64,000 bases of DNA from Ylistrum balloti (lineage: Eukaryota). Below the pieces are notes generated by a model. The model did no database searches and was not told where the DNA came from. It saw only the letters and a list, made by a program, of their open reading frames with translations. Both the position numbers and the translations under genes were made by a program. Below are positions 39,590-52,870 of this stretch, in pieces. The stretch's first letter is position 1. Each line of letters begins with the position of its first letter. The DNA lies in the NCBI RefSeq assembly GCF_031769215.1, contig NW_026781904.1, positions 1,612,001 to 1,676,000 of the forward strand, read 5' to 3'.

Positions 39590-40910
39590 AAAATAATTGA
39601 CACAGAAATCACATACAAGTGCATAATGTGATGCTAATCGCTATATATCCGGGCCCTAGGCCTGCCTAAGGCCTTATGCTTTCCGGAGAAATCGTTGAAA
39701 GATGTTGTCACATTTTCCCTCCATTACTTTGAAAGTATGTCAAGGTCATCCATTTGAACAAGCATGTTAGTCTTTGTACCAGAACATCACAGATTCAATA
39801 TCATGATAAGTTATGATGAGTTATTGTTTACAGATTTCGAGCCATTTGGAAATTACACTAAGCAGAGGCAGGTTTTTCAAGCCATGAAATGATCAAACCT
39901 GACAACAATATACTAATGAAAATTGACTCCCGTTGAAAACGTATACGGGGTCCCATTTTTAAAAAGCCGCTTCAATTTTTCCGCAATCTACCTCGTCATT
40001 GAATACATAAAAGCCAGTAATGTATCGAAAACATTCAGCAATGTTGACTCGATTCTACAAAGTCCCAGAAACAGAAATGTCATTCGCAATGAATTAAAAC
40101 TACTGCATAGTCTTAAATCGAATTGTTATGTCGGTTTTATTAAGTAGCTGTGCACATGGGAATGTCAGGAAACAAAAAAGAAAATCGTGTCACGGATGCA
40201 TCATTACTAATAGCTTCACTTAATATTTTAAACAGTTTCTGAAGTGTTTAAAGTCACAGTAACGACATGATTGCAATCACTTTAAAATAAGTAACATTAG
40301 AATAATTATCCTTGAATGGTCTTAAAAAGTGAAGACCAGCTTCAGTGGAAAGTTTAAAATTATACTATCACATGTTCAATTACAATGTAACGACCTTCAG
40401 CCTACAAGACAAAAATGCAAACACAACGAGTTTGAAAGGTGTTTTGTTAAGCTTCAATCAATTTAAACTGTAGACTGAAATCAAGCTGTCAGTATATAGT
40501 AAATGATAATTTCCATAGCCATTTTTCCCTTTCAAGCCTTTTGATCATTTACACTTTTTGTTTGTTTGACGTCGTTTGTTAATCCACCATTTGTCCTGGT
40601 GGCTTTTTCCGGTGTTGAAATGATTTTACCTTTGTGACTTTTGAAGGACATTTATCAATTTGAGCACATTTGATAACTCTTCATCCCAGCGTGCTGCAAA
40701 CCAAATTGCAGCAGTTTGGTTAATGAAAAGTCATTAATAGGGAATTATTAACACCGGCTGGACGGACGGACGGTCACAGCTCCATGGCGTAAATGGCAAT
40801 TGCTTCAAATATGACAATATGTTTCCCAGAACCTGAAACCCCGACATTTCTGTTATACTGTGACATATAATACAGGAAAGAGATAGGATTTTCAATCATT
40901 ACCATTTTTT

Positions 40911-41303
40911 CAGCCGAAATATTGGTTATACTGAACACTCTTTGAAACAGCTTTCTACAAGTACCACAACTACTTCCGTCGAAATATCTGTTAAATCAAC
41001 ACTCTTTGAAATTGATTTCGACAAATACTACCACGCCTTCTGCTAAAATATTGGCTAAAATCAGCACTTTTTGAAACCGATTTACACACTTTGAAACAGA
41101 TTTCTACAAACACTGCCACGCCCTCTACCGAAATATCAGTTTAAAAAAAAACAGTCTTTGAAACCGATTTCTACAAAACCTGCCACGCCATCTACTAAAA
41201 AATATTGGTTAAAATCAACACTCCTTGAAACCGAAACCGATTTCAAGAAATACAGCCACGCCATCTGCTGAAATATTGGTTAAAAACAACACTCTTTGAA
41301 ACA
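40911..41303. repeat. ~65-bp minisatellite, about 6 diverged units
   Basis: Recurrent aacactctttgaaac.gatttctacaaa.ac.gccacgcc.tct.c.gaaatattggttaaaatc. Confidence 0.85.
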
Positions 41304-42499
41304 ATGTTTGAAATATGTTTTGCTTTTAACAGTGTTAGAAATGAAATCTTTTATCACATCAGGAAAATGATCTATATACTGCATGTTTCGATAATGGAGT
41401 GACATTTCACTACCGATTTGATAAACATGACACTTTGTGTACATTGCATAAGTCTCGACTATTTTACATTTGTGCGAACACGCGCCTTAAGGGAGATTCA
41501 GATGTCTGTGCTTCCAACACACATTTGGATATTCTTGTGTATACGTTATATAGCTGTTCATACAACATATGGGTTTTAAAGTGGTATATTTGGCTAAATT
41601 CGAGAACGCGAGAGTCATATGACTGCAAAACAGATCGTGACCGCACAATACGTTCTGTGTTATAAATACAATCATTCTCACAGATGGCAATATGTTGAAT
41701 TTCACTTTCATTCTTTTCTATCCAAACTAGTTTTATTGCAATCTAAAATATCTCTCTAAATGTAACCATTATAGTTCAATTTGGTTGTGATGAAAAATAC
41801 CAAATATGAAATACAATCGAATGCCATAAAATGCTAAACCTTGCAGAGAAAATAACTGGTTTTGAAATTCACAGAAGGTCATAAATGTGGATGTATCATG
41901 CCAATAATGACAAAAAATGGTGCATTCAAGGCTAGACATTCAGGATGTTAAATTTCTTAAAAGCAATAAACAGACGAATACTAAAATTCAAATACTAAAG
42001 TTACATTAAGAAAGTGAGAAATACGATGCTTTGATACGCCATGCTCATTTCCCTTAGAACAACAGGTTTTTGTTTCTTGGTGTTTTCATATCTATTTAAT
42101 GCTGCTATGTGGGCTTATATAAGAGCTTAGTCAGTATATGATTAAGCAAATCGGCGTATATTTAATAGTTTTTTTCACAACGACTTGGCATATCCTTGTT
42201 ACGGTAGTGTGGTGTTGTCTGTAGGTTCGTGATGAACTGATGTACAAGACATCCAATGAACAGAACTTCAAATGCACAAACGTAGCCTCGCCTCAACATT
42301 CCTTAAACATGATTAGGATTAGATCTTGATGGTTATCAGTAAAATTTCAAGGTCAAAGATCACTGTTGACCATTTTTTTGAAATACAGAGAGCTTGTACG
42401 AGAGACTTCATAAACCCCTTACTGGGTTGTAAAATCAAGACAATATTAGCATGTCAATATAATCCAAACTTAAAGGCCATGAAACCAATGGCAACCTAA

Positions 42500-42700
42500 G
42501 AACAAGAGAAAGACTTACACAGAAACTCTAGAAAACGTGCAAGGAGAATAAGACCAGGTGTTCCGGAAAAGTAAGCGTCTTCTTCTTCATCGACAACGAC
42601 AGCCATGTTAACTTTACTTGGTCATGAGAACAAGGTATATGATAACGGAAACAACATGCAAAGTATAGAGCATCAAACACGTTCAGCTTCATATCACACA
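42500..42700 (-). mobile_element. Interspersed family, copy 11 (retains the head)
   Basis: ggagaataagaccaggtgttccggaaaagtaagcgtcttcttcttcatcgac ... gagcatcaaacacgttcagcttcatatcacac. Confidence 0.9.
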
Positions 42701-44519
42701 CTTAAATTGATCTTTTAAAACCCTGTGTTATGACTTTGTTTAACAGTTAAACAAACATTGATATAGACCAAAAGAAAAGGTTGAAGAGGTAGATGTGGAA
42801 GAAGAGGATATGTTCTTTCTTACTCAGCTGTACAGCTGATTAGTTTGCAGTTTTATCAACATCAACACCTTAAATTAAGTTAATCGAATTTAGTATTTTG
42901 GCATTATCTAAAGACACCGCGGAATTCGCGTATCTCTATGTGAAAGATTGTACCTATGTATGCCTGACACATGTACCATACCCACAAAATCTCGTGGTGG
43001 AAATACCATTATTAAAGCGATCATCAGTGATTCAATCATCAACTGACACCAACTAATTTTGGTCTTATCTGTGGCGGAGACGAAAGCCGAAAAAATCTGA
43101 TAAAGCCACCCTGTTTATTTAGCAATAGAACGGACCAAGCGCCACTGAGACCAATGTGTATGAGGAATAATTAAATCCTACATTTTAAACCTGCTGCTAT
43201 ATAGCGGCAGATTTTTAACATAATCTTATTTCAAGTGGCAACTGATATCAAATACACTTTATCTTCAAAAATGCAAAACAAATCATATTTAAAAAAAAAA
43301 CCAAATAGTTTGGTCCTTACCAAATTATTGATAGGTAACAATTTGAAACTTAGCCATAAATACCAAGGCTTGGGCATGTCTATAACCTTCTGTTCATGGT
43401 AGACCTATATTTCTTTCACGTCAATAACCGTGCTGTAGACATAATAATTTACGTGTTTCGCACGATTTTATACCACGAATACAGGCTAATGATTTCTACC
43501 TGATGGCCCCAAGGTCACAGGCAAACACTGTCACATCATTTGTTTGTTCTTCCTTTCATCAATCCGTCTGATAGCGTACATTGATGGTACATTTTGTATG
43601 TGTGACCTTCAGCGCCGCCCTTGTAGCACATGATTGAGATTAATAGTTTCAGTATTATGATATATGAGAAGAGGTATGTATATCATTAGGTATTCAAGAC
43701 CAATCCATCTCCAAGTCGAAAAGCAAAATAAACATTTTGATTAAATGGGTATATAAATTTATATATATATATATTAATATAAGAATTACATTAATTTCGT
43801 ATAGCGGAAAAAGATGAAAATTCTTTCCGTCACAGAAATATCTTTTTAACTAGATAATATGTTTTCCAATCAAAACGATAGATCACGTGACGAAAGTTCA
43901 TGCAATTTTTATTAGATATTGGAGAAGGGAACGTCAAAAATGATTATAGTTACATACAATGTTTTATGTCATTTCAAATAGAAAGAATCTATGTGTAAAC
44001 TTTCAGGAATGATGGACACACTGGCAAGGAAAAGAGAACCCACGCCAGAACTGGTGTAGGCATTTTATGGAATCTCTGCGGAGCCGGTAAATAACGATCT
44101 AGGTTTTAATGTGTTCTGTGAGTGAGTGAAGTTTATCTCTGGACCATTTACGTTTCTAGACTGATTTTATGTAACTACAAATACAATATTTTTTACCATA
44201 GAAGAATTACAAGTGTGTTAAAATCGTACACACTGAAGTCGTTTGAAGGCGGTTTCTACTTAAATGAGCCCACGATAGGGGTTATTTCGCGGTTCAAATT
44301 CATTGAAATGTGTCGTACACAACCATTCCGGTCCACTAAACTGTAATTATATTCGATTTAGTGTAAAAGGCAGCATTTTCATGATAATTGATTTAATGGC
44401 CTACACAAAACGGATTATTACAAGGTATGAGGACATGACGCTTCCACACACGGTTATGTCAGAGAAGACATTTAGAAGAAAACAAGTTTGAGAACAAGAT
44501 GCTCATTCTCTTATGAAAT

Positions 44520-44663
44520 NNNNNNNNNNNNNNNNNNNNNNNNNNNNNNNNNNNNNNNNNNNNNNNNNNNNNNNNNNNNNNNNNNNNNNNNNNNNNNNNN
44601 NNNNNNNNNNNNNNNNNNNNNNNNNNNNNNNNNNNNNNNNNNNNNNNNNNNNNNNNNNNNNNN
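44520..44663. other. Assembly gap (144 N)
   Basis: Run of N. Confidence 1.
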
Positions 44664-45434
44664 GTCCTTTTCAAACTCATGATATGTTCAGCGATAGCCA
44701 GGTGACACCAGGTACCAATTTGATTAATTGATTAATTGGAGAGTACCCAAAGCCTTTTTCACTGTAAGCGGACGATCCACTCAAATGCCAAAAAGGAATG
44801 TCGAGCAACATGGACATCTGATTGGTACCTATCACATTCTTAATCAAAACAGCACTTTCATGTTTGACTTCAATTCATATATCCCCATGCTTATCTGTAC
44901 ACAACCATTGCCTATCAAATAATTGTTGCTTTCTTCAGTTTGTTAAAAAATATGCCTGATAAAAATCACAAGAAATCAGATTCAGGAAGGTAGCACGATT
45001 CCAAAGCATCATCTCATTATATATCTATAAACATAAAGCTGATTGATATCACTGCACAAAATAAAGCACATCAACGTTCAAGAAAGTGACGTTATCACGT
45101 TCATCGTACTTGAACTATTTCATGCTCAATTTCAATTGAAAAATCAACGAGCTAAATATAACCATTATGATTACCACCAGTTTGCTTCAATAGAGCCCCT
45201 TTAATACACTGATCTTTTGTTGAAAGAGGATAAAGTGAATTATTCTTGTAACATTATTGCCGCGTAAAGCTTTACATCCTAATATTAAAAGAAACTGGCG
45301 TTCATGGACAATTAAGTGGCTGTTTGGGAGTCTTCAGTTTCCCTAGCTTCAACGGTCATCGTACTATGATCTCGTTAGGAGATAACTATGTCTTTTGGTG
45401 CTGGTTAGTACAATTGTTGTTACTTTTATTTGGA

Positions 45435-45597
45435 TTGTTCTTAACTTTGTTCTCATAAGGGGAACGTGTCATTACTTAATTTTACCAGAACTTCCATGAC
45501 GTTGAAACATAATACGCTTACTCTTCCGAATGCCTGGTTTCATTTTGCCTTGGGCTTTTTCAGGGGTCTATATTTAAGTCTTTACTGTGTTTATATG
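45435..45597 (+). mobile_element. Interspersed family, copy 12 (degenerate)
   Basis: gttctcataaggggaacgtgtcattactt ... acgcttactcttccgaatgcctggtttc ... ttttcaggggtct. Confidence 0.75.
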
Positions 45598-46321
45598 TAG
45601 TCCTTGCTTCAGCGAATTTGAGTTTTATTCTGTTGACATGACGTTATTTTCGTTATTGTTGCTGACATAGTAGCACTTCGACTTGTCACAATAACTTTCT
45701 TTATATCGGCTGAAGCGTTGTAGGATACTTCGTTCTTACAACATTTAGCTTGTATTGAAGTTTCAGAAAGACTGAAGCCTTTTAGACTTATCAAACCAAA
45801 TTTGGGCAATCTCTTGGGGACAGCAAACACCAATATCGAATGGGACATTTGGTAATCAGCGGTATATTGATTCTAGAATATTGGTTAAATCACTACATCA
45901 AGATCATTGGTAAAGGCTAGTGCTGATTCCTCAGAACAGGAAAACAGTGTTTATAATATACATATAAAGAATAAAGCATGTCTGATAAAGTTAAGCATTC
46001 CTGCTGCCATATACTATTTGAAATCTTACATCAAAAACGCGCCGTTTTATCGCCCATATAAGAATTGAGTCATCATCACAGAGGAGCATTAACCATGCGA
46101 TTCAAGCGTCTGATGGACGTGCTGGCGATTAATAACCGATTAAGGTAAATCATTTTAGAGGAAGGATGCTAGAAGTAGTAACATCCTTAATTGTCCATAT
46201 TATCTTGTTGTGACGCCAGATAATGTACTAATCAGATTCGAGGTAACTTTTCCAGCCGATTTTGATTCAAGTCAATCTTTGAAATGCCGAATACCTATGG
46301 GCAAGAAGTGAAGAAATCATT

Positions 46322-46614
46322 TGTTATGCTTCCAGAAGAGAGAGCATATAGTCACCGCTTTGTCCGTCCGTCCGTCATAAGTTTGTCCGGAGCATTACTA
46401 AAAACCTATGAGAGGTATCATGTGAAACTTCGTGCATAGACAGATCTTGATAAGGAGAAATGCATTGGTTATATCTAGGAGAGAACTTGTGTATACATTG
46501 GTTAGTATACCAAATTCAGGTCTTTATTACAGAATTATTGCCCTCTAATTAAATTTTGTGTCCAATAAAGTCGTTTTCGGGGAGCATTCAGGGGTGTTTC
46601 ACTGATACTCCTGT
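46322..46614 (+). mobile_element. HINE/DINE-1-like (Helentron-associated) non-autonomous element, apparently complete
   Basis: 5' atgcttccagaa with a nearby inverted copy (agagagcata), then a (GTCC)n microsatellite, one core, a 3' sub-terminal inverted repeat ttcggggagcat and a short terminal segment. Confidence 0.75.
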
Positions 46615-47634
46615 CTAAATCTTGCGGCATATATAAATCTGTAATTTGTTTTATTGAAAGTTTTCCTCTCGAACGCTTTGCATCGACATGCTCTAGACAA
46701 ATGTTTTTGATTTACCGACAAGCTTCATCCAAAGAGCAGATTTGATGTGATTATGTATGACTGAGTTATATAAAGTTTATATAAATGAATTCCTCCATAT
46801 TTTATAAACTGTGTGTATCACGTCTGTTTAGCCGCAGACTGACAGATTGGAGTCTGAGGTCACACCTTAAAGATTTAAAATGAAATATTGCGTCTCGCTT
46901 TTTAAACCGGCAAGATATCCTGTCAATAACACAAAACCTAAACACACTAAACATTATTATTATAAAATGCATCACGACATGTCTAACAAACTTTAATATG
47001 GGTGATTGAAATGTCATTTATAGAGTAAACTTTGTTTCTCTGCTAGAAAATGGCAATTATATCATATATAAATACATAAGATAAGGTTTGACAGATATCT
47101 TATCTTGTTTTTTAGGAAGGACGTACAACGTCTACAATGTACAAAACCTCCGATTACAAGGCTCTCAATCAAAATTAGATTGGAGAAATCACAAATTCGC
47201 TTATTTGTTAGGGACCTGACATTCTCACCACAGTTAAATCATATGAAGAGGCAGAAAAGAATAGAATTAGAAGTAAAGAAAGTACTCAAAATGGAATTTA
47301 AATCCGTTCCTAATTCTTTTTAGAAGGCAACTTAGAAAACCAAATTGAAATAAGGTTTTGATTTGATAAAGTATCTTGGATATCCATTAACAGGTTAGTA
47401 ATTCAACGGTGGCTACCGTATATTTAAGGGTATTTATAGAGCCATTTCACCAACATGTCATGTCGAAAACACATTGACTCGATATTCCTTCCGCACCATT
47501 AAACTGACACCGGAACGCGATGGTTACGTTGCCTTCATCATCTCTTTAGAGATGAGCTTCCAGTTCCCGATGCGAGGACATCACGTGTTTGCTAGGTAGA
47601 CTAATTATTGTTATCGTAAATATTTCCCAAGATG

Positions 47635-47840
47635 TTAAATACAGTGGTCACGTTCATTGATGTCCAATATGGGAATCTCCACATTGTTGACAGACACATG
47701 CTCAATAATGTCTCTAAGTCATTCTTTATATAAAAGAACATTAAATACAGTGGTCACGTTCATTGATGTCCAATATGGGAATCTCTACATTGTTGACAGA
47801 CACAATAATGTCTCAAAGTCATTCTTTATGTAAAAGAACA
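47635..47840. repeat. Recent tandem duplication, 106-bp period, 2 copies
   Basis: ttaaatacagtggtcacgttcattgatgtccaatatgggaatct... at 47635 and 47741. Near-identical; the second copy lacks 6 nt. Confidence 0.95.
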
Positions 47841-48049
47841 TTTTGATATGATCAAATATTCATTCATTGGGATTTCACTCTGTACGTCACTCGTTTCGCT
47901 ACTTAATATTTCAAATGTGTAATCAACTGAGTTAAAGAAACAAACAAAACACATTTACAATAGGCTTTTGATAAAGGCAAATAAAGACTAATCAGAGATA
48001 CAACATCAAAAATACTGCAAAGCACTTCGATTTCGAAAATGTTTATTTC

Positions 48050-48217
48050 ATGAACGAAATTACTTTAAATTCGTGGGTGATGGGTTATAAGATATGAGCG
48101 TGGATGTCATTAAGAGTTATTTCGTACAAATGAATCACGAGGATTTGAATTCGCGATTGACTCTTCTCGGGTATGAACACGAAAATAAATCCCAACAGAA
48201 ATAAAAGTGATTTACAG
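48050..48217. mobile_element. Second, more degenerate member of the CTGTAA-TIR MITE family
   Basis: attcgcgattgactcttctcggg..cacgaaaataaatccc..tttacag|TA matches the right end of 9300-9576. The left boundary is approximate. Confidence 0.6.
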
Positions 48218-48572
48218 TATGTATCAAGTATCATGTGTGTCGTATCAGGTATATGATAAAATATATGATTATTAATAAAGAAAGTTGGTTTCAGAAGTTG
48301 AATTACAAACATGACGACTTAATCTGAAAACACGATGAGTTACCGATGAAATAACGAGAAATTGTTTATTTTTCCTGAAGAAGAATATTGAATTGTTACC
48401 TTGTAATTAAAGAATATATCTTGTGTGTAATTGACAGTTTGGCAGCATAAATATAATCAGATTTATATATCACAACACGTGTAAAAATATATATTTGTTT
48501 AAAACCGGTGTACATCTACACGTCAACATAAAGGTGTCCTTATTCAAATTCGTTGAACTATATATATAAAAC

Positions 48573-48700
48573 AATAAAACCAGGTGTTTGGTAGCGTCTT
48601 CTACTTCTCCAACGACGCCAAAAAATGTAATGTCACATTCTCAAGATTATCACCTAGGAACCACCAGGCATACTAACGAGCATCAAACTTAATATCACAC
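48573..48700 (-). mobile_element. Interspersed family, copy 13 (degenerate)
   Basis: aataaaaccaggtgtttggtagcgtcttctacttctccaacgacgcc ... gagcatcaaacttaatatcacac. Confidence 0.7.
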
Positions 48701-49599
48701 AAGCAAATATGATATTTCCACATAAAATGCTACTGTAAAACTTCCTCATACTATTCCTCATCCTGTATATTTCAAAGCTATAAGCTACGAGTTTTATTGT
48801 CGTTTGTCGACATCTTGCCCGAAAATTGCGATTTTTAGAAATATACCCCTGAAATAACTTTTGGGTAGTTATGGGCTATAGAAACATGAAATCGTATATA
48901 AAGCTGGATATAAAGTTCTTTTTAGTATGAGTTTTCTATTTTATGGTAGGTAATGTCTTCGCAACAGTCAGGGTCATATGAGAACAGGTGTCAATAGAGA
49001 CACCAAGCATAGAAAAGAAGCAAACCAAGAAAGAGCAGTTCTTTTTTTTTATTGCTTTAGTCTTCACAAGATTTGATTCTTCTTCCTCAGATGCAATATA
49101 AATTGTACATAATTACACGAATCAGAGAGAGATGAATGCCATATATAGCAAATGAGAGTAAGAATTGATAGGAAGCTGATGGTAATGTTAAACCGAGTTG
49201 TGTTTACAAATTTCTCCCGCGGGCCAACAACACAACTAAATATTCTAAACGAGGTAAATTAAAGTTTTGTCCTTCAATCCTTTATAGTCATAACGATCAT
49301 TGATTAAACATCTCCATTAAGTTCGGTCTCTACTTGGAATACAATATCATTCTTAACGTAGAAAATGGTAGAAAAATACCCTTATTTGAATTGTTTGTTT
49401 ACGTTGGGAAACTTATTAACTATTCTAAAGTTTCAGCAGGATATAATCAAATGACACACTTGCATACCACATACCACATCAATGCAGAGCACGCTTTTGA
49501 TATTAATGTAAATGTGCTAGTCACCATTTCATTCATTTTAGAGTGTTTTATTGAAATGTTCTCATATTAATGGAAAACATCATATCAAATTTAAATTAA

Positions 49600-50095
49600 G
49601 TACTGTCTACTTTCAAAAAAAATATCAACTATATATATAGAATTGTCGTGCTAAGAATATAAATATATTTAATGCAATCTATATTAAGTGTCATTGACTC
49701 TAAACAATTACTTTATCAGTTAGATAAAGCACTCATTGTCGTCCTCTAAATAAATACGTCCAAGGAAATCTTTCTTAACTACCGTCTACTCTAAACAATT
49801 ACTTTGTCAGCTAAATATAGCATTGACTGTCGTGCTATAAATAAATACGTCCAATGAAATCTTTCTTAAGCACCGTCTTCTCTAAACGATTACTTTGTCA
49901 GCTAAATATAGCATTGACTGTCGTGCTAAAAATAAATACGTCCAATGAAATATTTCTTAACTACCGTCTACGCTAAACAATTACTTTGTCAGCTAAATAT
50001 AGCATTGACTGTCGTGCTAAAAATAAATTCGTGCAATGAAATCTAACCGTCTAATCTAAAGAATTGCTTTAACAGTTATTGTCGTTTCTAAGAAT
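49600..50095. repeat. 91-bp tandem repeat, about 5 units (inner units highly similar)
   Basis: actctaaacaattactttgtcagctaaatatagcattgactgtcgtgct... at 49697, 49788, 49879 and 49970, with degenerate flanking units. Confidence 0.95.
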
Positions 50096-51126
50096 AGCGT
50101 GTAAAATAAATCCGTGTTTCCGAATCAAAGGCTGAAGGGGGTCTTCCCCTTAGAGACTGTTCTCTAATCATTGATTTTTTTATTATTTAGTTTATGGTGG
50201 CGTTTTATACCCCCGCAATATTTAAGTAGAATATGAAGTCGATATCCAGAGGATCGCTTAGTGTTTGAGGCTTTAATTAAAGTGACGTTGGAGTAAAATT
50301 TTGCAATTTGGACTGCCAGTCAGAAGGGGGTAATTAATCTGTCTTTTGTATCAACTCATTTGAGGTAAACTACTCTGACACATGTTGATCATTAAGGAGG
50401 ATGGAAGCAATCTGGTTACAATTTATCATTATCAATGTATTTTATGAGCATTGTTGAAAACTGACATTCGATCAAGGGTTTTTGTGTCCTGGTTTAGATT
50501 TAAATTACTAAATAATTCAATGATGCCTGCATACCCATCGATCGGACGAATCGAGCCGTTTTCGGGCAATTTTTCAATTTTTCTTTTATTCATCATTTAA
50601 CATACCTGTTATATTCTCAAAGGATGAGTCGAACACCGGACAGAGGTACCTAGCATGCGGCGTTACTGCTTTATAATTCTACTTGCAGCATGCGTTTAAC
50701 AAGAATGTGTATATTCATTCCTGAAGTTAAAAGCAAACCTAAGTGTTTTCTTATAGAAAGCAATTCTCAGAATCAGCTTTCTGGCTCATCATTTCATTCG
50801 CACAATTGGTAGAATACTTGTAAGCACGTTTTCTTTGTTTACATCTCTAAACATCCATGTTCTACTTGCTCTTTCTGGCTCTGGATAACTATTAAACTTT
50901 CCTGTAATAACAGGATGAAAAGTATACAAATAAATCCCACAGACGGCAAGAAAAAATAGTATGTTTGATAGTTTACCGGAGCGGAAATAGGTTTTTAAAA
51001 GGAATGCTTATATGCAAGGAAAAGTCTTTGATTAGCAATGTATGTTGATTGCTTTTTTTTTTGTCTTCTCGGGAATGTGCCATGTTTCAGATACAATCAG
51101 CCCTCATCTACTCTTTCCTTAGATGA

Positions 51127-51513
51127 TTTGGTGATAACAAGAATGTAAGGCATCCACTATTGGCGAACAATACAGAGGTTTCATCTGAGTGGAAACTCGT
51201 ATTGCTTTCGGCGAAGCAAACCACACAACTGTTGAATTGCATCTGTGATCTTGAAAGTGAAAGCATTTATTCTCGGAACAGAAAAATACGTATCCCGATT
51301 ATGACGATTAATGAAAAAGGAATTACCACTAAATATCGTGCAGTTTAAGATGTAGATAGGCAATGTGAAGAATGGATAAAAAGAGTATTACCCGGGAAAG
51401 ACTATTACATTCACCGGTTGAAAGGATGGACAACAACACGGCAAATCTTACTAAACCAAAGAGAAAATATCGTAATTGCGGGCCATGATATTCTAATTAA
51501 ATACAGTAATTAA
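51127..51513 (+). pseudogene. 129-codon frame with one internal TAA; unknown product
   Basis: ORF-track 51160..51348 continues in frame after the stop as DVDRQCEEWIKRVLPGKDYYIHRLKGW...NIVIAGHDILIKYSN. A strong acceptor (ctctttccttag|) lies just upstream. Confidence 0.25.
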
Positions 51514-52214
51514 TTATTTATTTCAAATGCAAGCTCCAAAAAAAGTCAAACTGGAATTGAGATTATTTGCCAAGAACTTTAGAAAACGATACTTCTACCG
51601 TTATCTATAAGAAACCATGCCATCGAAGTATTTTTTTTCCAAGTTAATCACGCCGACTACTGCGTTCTCGAGAATTTCACATTGTGCTTCTTCCTGTATG
51701 AGATTGGATAAGCTATATCCATCAGTATAGAAAAGCATGCAATTCCTTTCCTCGAACAGGAGGACGGTTTTGCTGATTAATTACAATCCATTGAAGCAAC
51801 GTTAACGCGCCTCCACTGACGGACATCCTGCATCTTTCTAGTTCAAGTAGAGATTTGTTTCGGCGTGAAGGTTTTAGCAATTAGCCAGCTCATTACAGTT
51901 TTACCAGGAAATACAAATAAATGCAATGCTGTGCATCAAACTACTCTTTATGTATATGCCTAGGAACTTTCAACGGGGTTTAGAAGTAAAACATCTTGAA
52001 AATCGAAGCTGTCGTTTCAAAATAAAATTTTCTATCAGATTTCTTACATCTTATGTTTATAAATGTCGACATTTGCAAACAACTAGTTACATATATGTCT
52101 TCCATGAAAGGAATCAAAATTAATATCTTTGCTAGACAGCAATTTAAACCAAGAGAATGACATAATTCCAATTTAAAATTTTGACACGTGAAGTAGAAGA
52201 AAGATTTTTCAGTA

Positions 52215-52240
52215 GTCTTTTGCGTCATTGACGACACCCG
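52215..52240 (-). mobile_element. Interspersed family, copy 14 (core remnant)
   Basis: Reverse complement cgggtgtcgtcaatgacgcaaaagac matches the family core. Confidence 0.5.
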
Positions 52241-52554
52241 ATAATTTATCAGATGATGTCGACGGGGTCAAACAAGTACTGCAGTATACCTTAAGGTTTG
52301 TTGTTGATTGGCATGTGTATGTTATCAATATACTGACACAATCAAAAACATATATTACGATATAATGTACGTGTTGCTTTATCTAACGTTTCTCTCACCA
52401 TAATATTAATGTTTGTTTTGATATCAGATTCAAATCGTATGTTGTTAATACGTAAACAACAGATCATAGCATCAGATTTTGTGTGTCAATAAGCCAGAAG
52501 GATTTCAAAATCTACATACCGTATTCACATAAGTAACAAGCATGTAACTTATTG

Positions 52555-52870
52555 TATAGGACTATGATAAGAGCGCGTGAATTAGTGACCATAATGGATT
52601 GTATATAACTATTATAAGAGCACGTGCACTAGCAACCATATCAGACTGTATAGGAGTATTATAAGAGCGCGTGAACTAGTGACCATTACAGACTGTATGG
52701 AACTATTATAAGAGAGCGTGCATTAGTGACCATATTAGATTGTATATAACTAAATATAAGAGCGCGTGAACTAGTGACCATTACAGACTATTATTAGAGC
52801 GAGTTTATCAGTAACCATATCATATTTCATATTACCATTATAGGAGCCCGTGCACTAGTGGGCATTGTCA
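52555..52870. repeat. 47-bp minisatellite, about 6.5 units, with alternating (dimeric) variants
   Basis: gagc.cgtg.a.tagtgacca..a..ga.tgtat..a.tattataa at 52571, 52618, 52665, 52712 and 52760. Confidence 0.95.

Noticed and set aside
40911-41303. A second micro-exon array in the ~65-bp repeat
   Set aside because: AG and GT positions and the spacing between them are not consistent between units on either strand.
44459-44731. ORFs spanning the N run
   Set aside because: Artefacts of translating the assembly gap.
49690-50090. CRISPR-like appearance of the regularly spaced repeats (also 52555-52870 and 31170-31558)
   Set aside because: Whole units are repeated with no unique spacers, there are no cas genes, and the context is eukaryotic.
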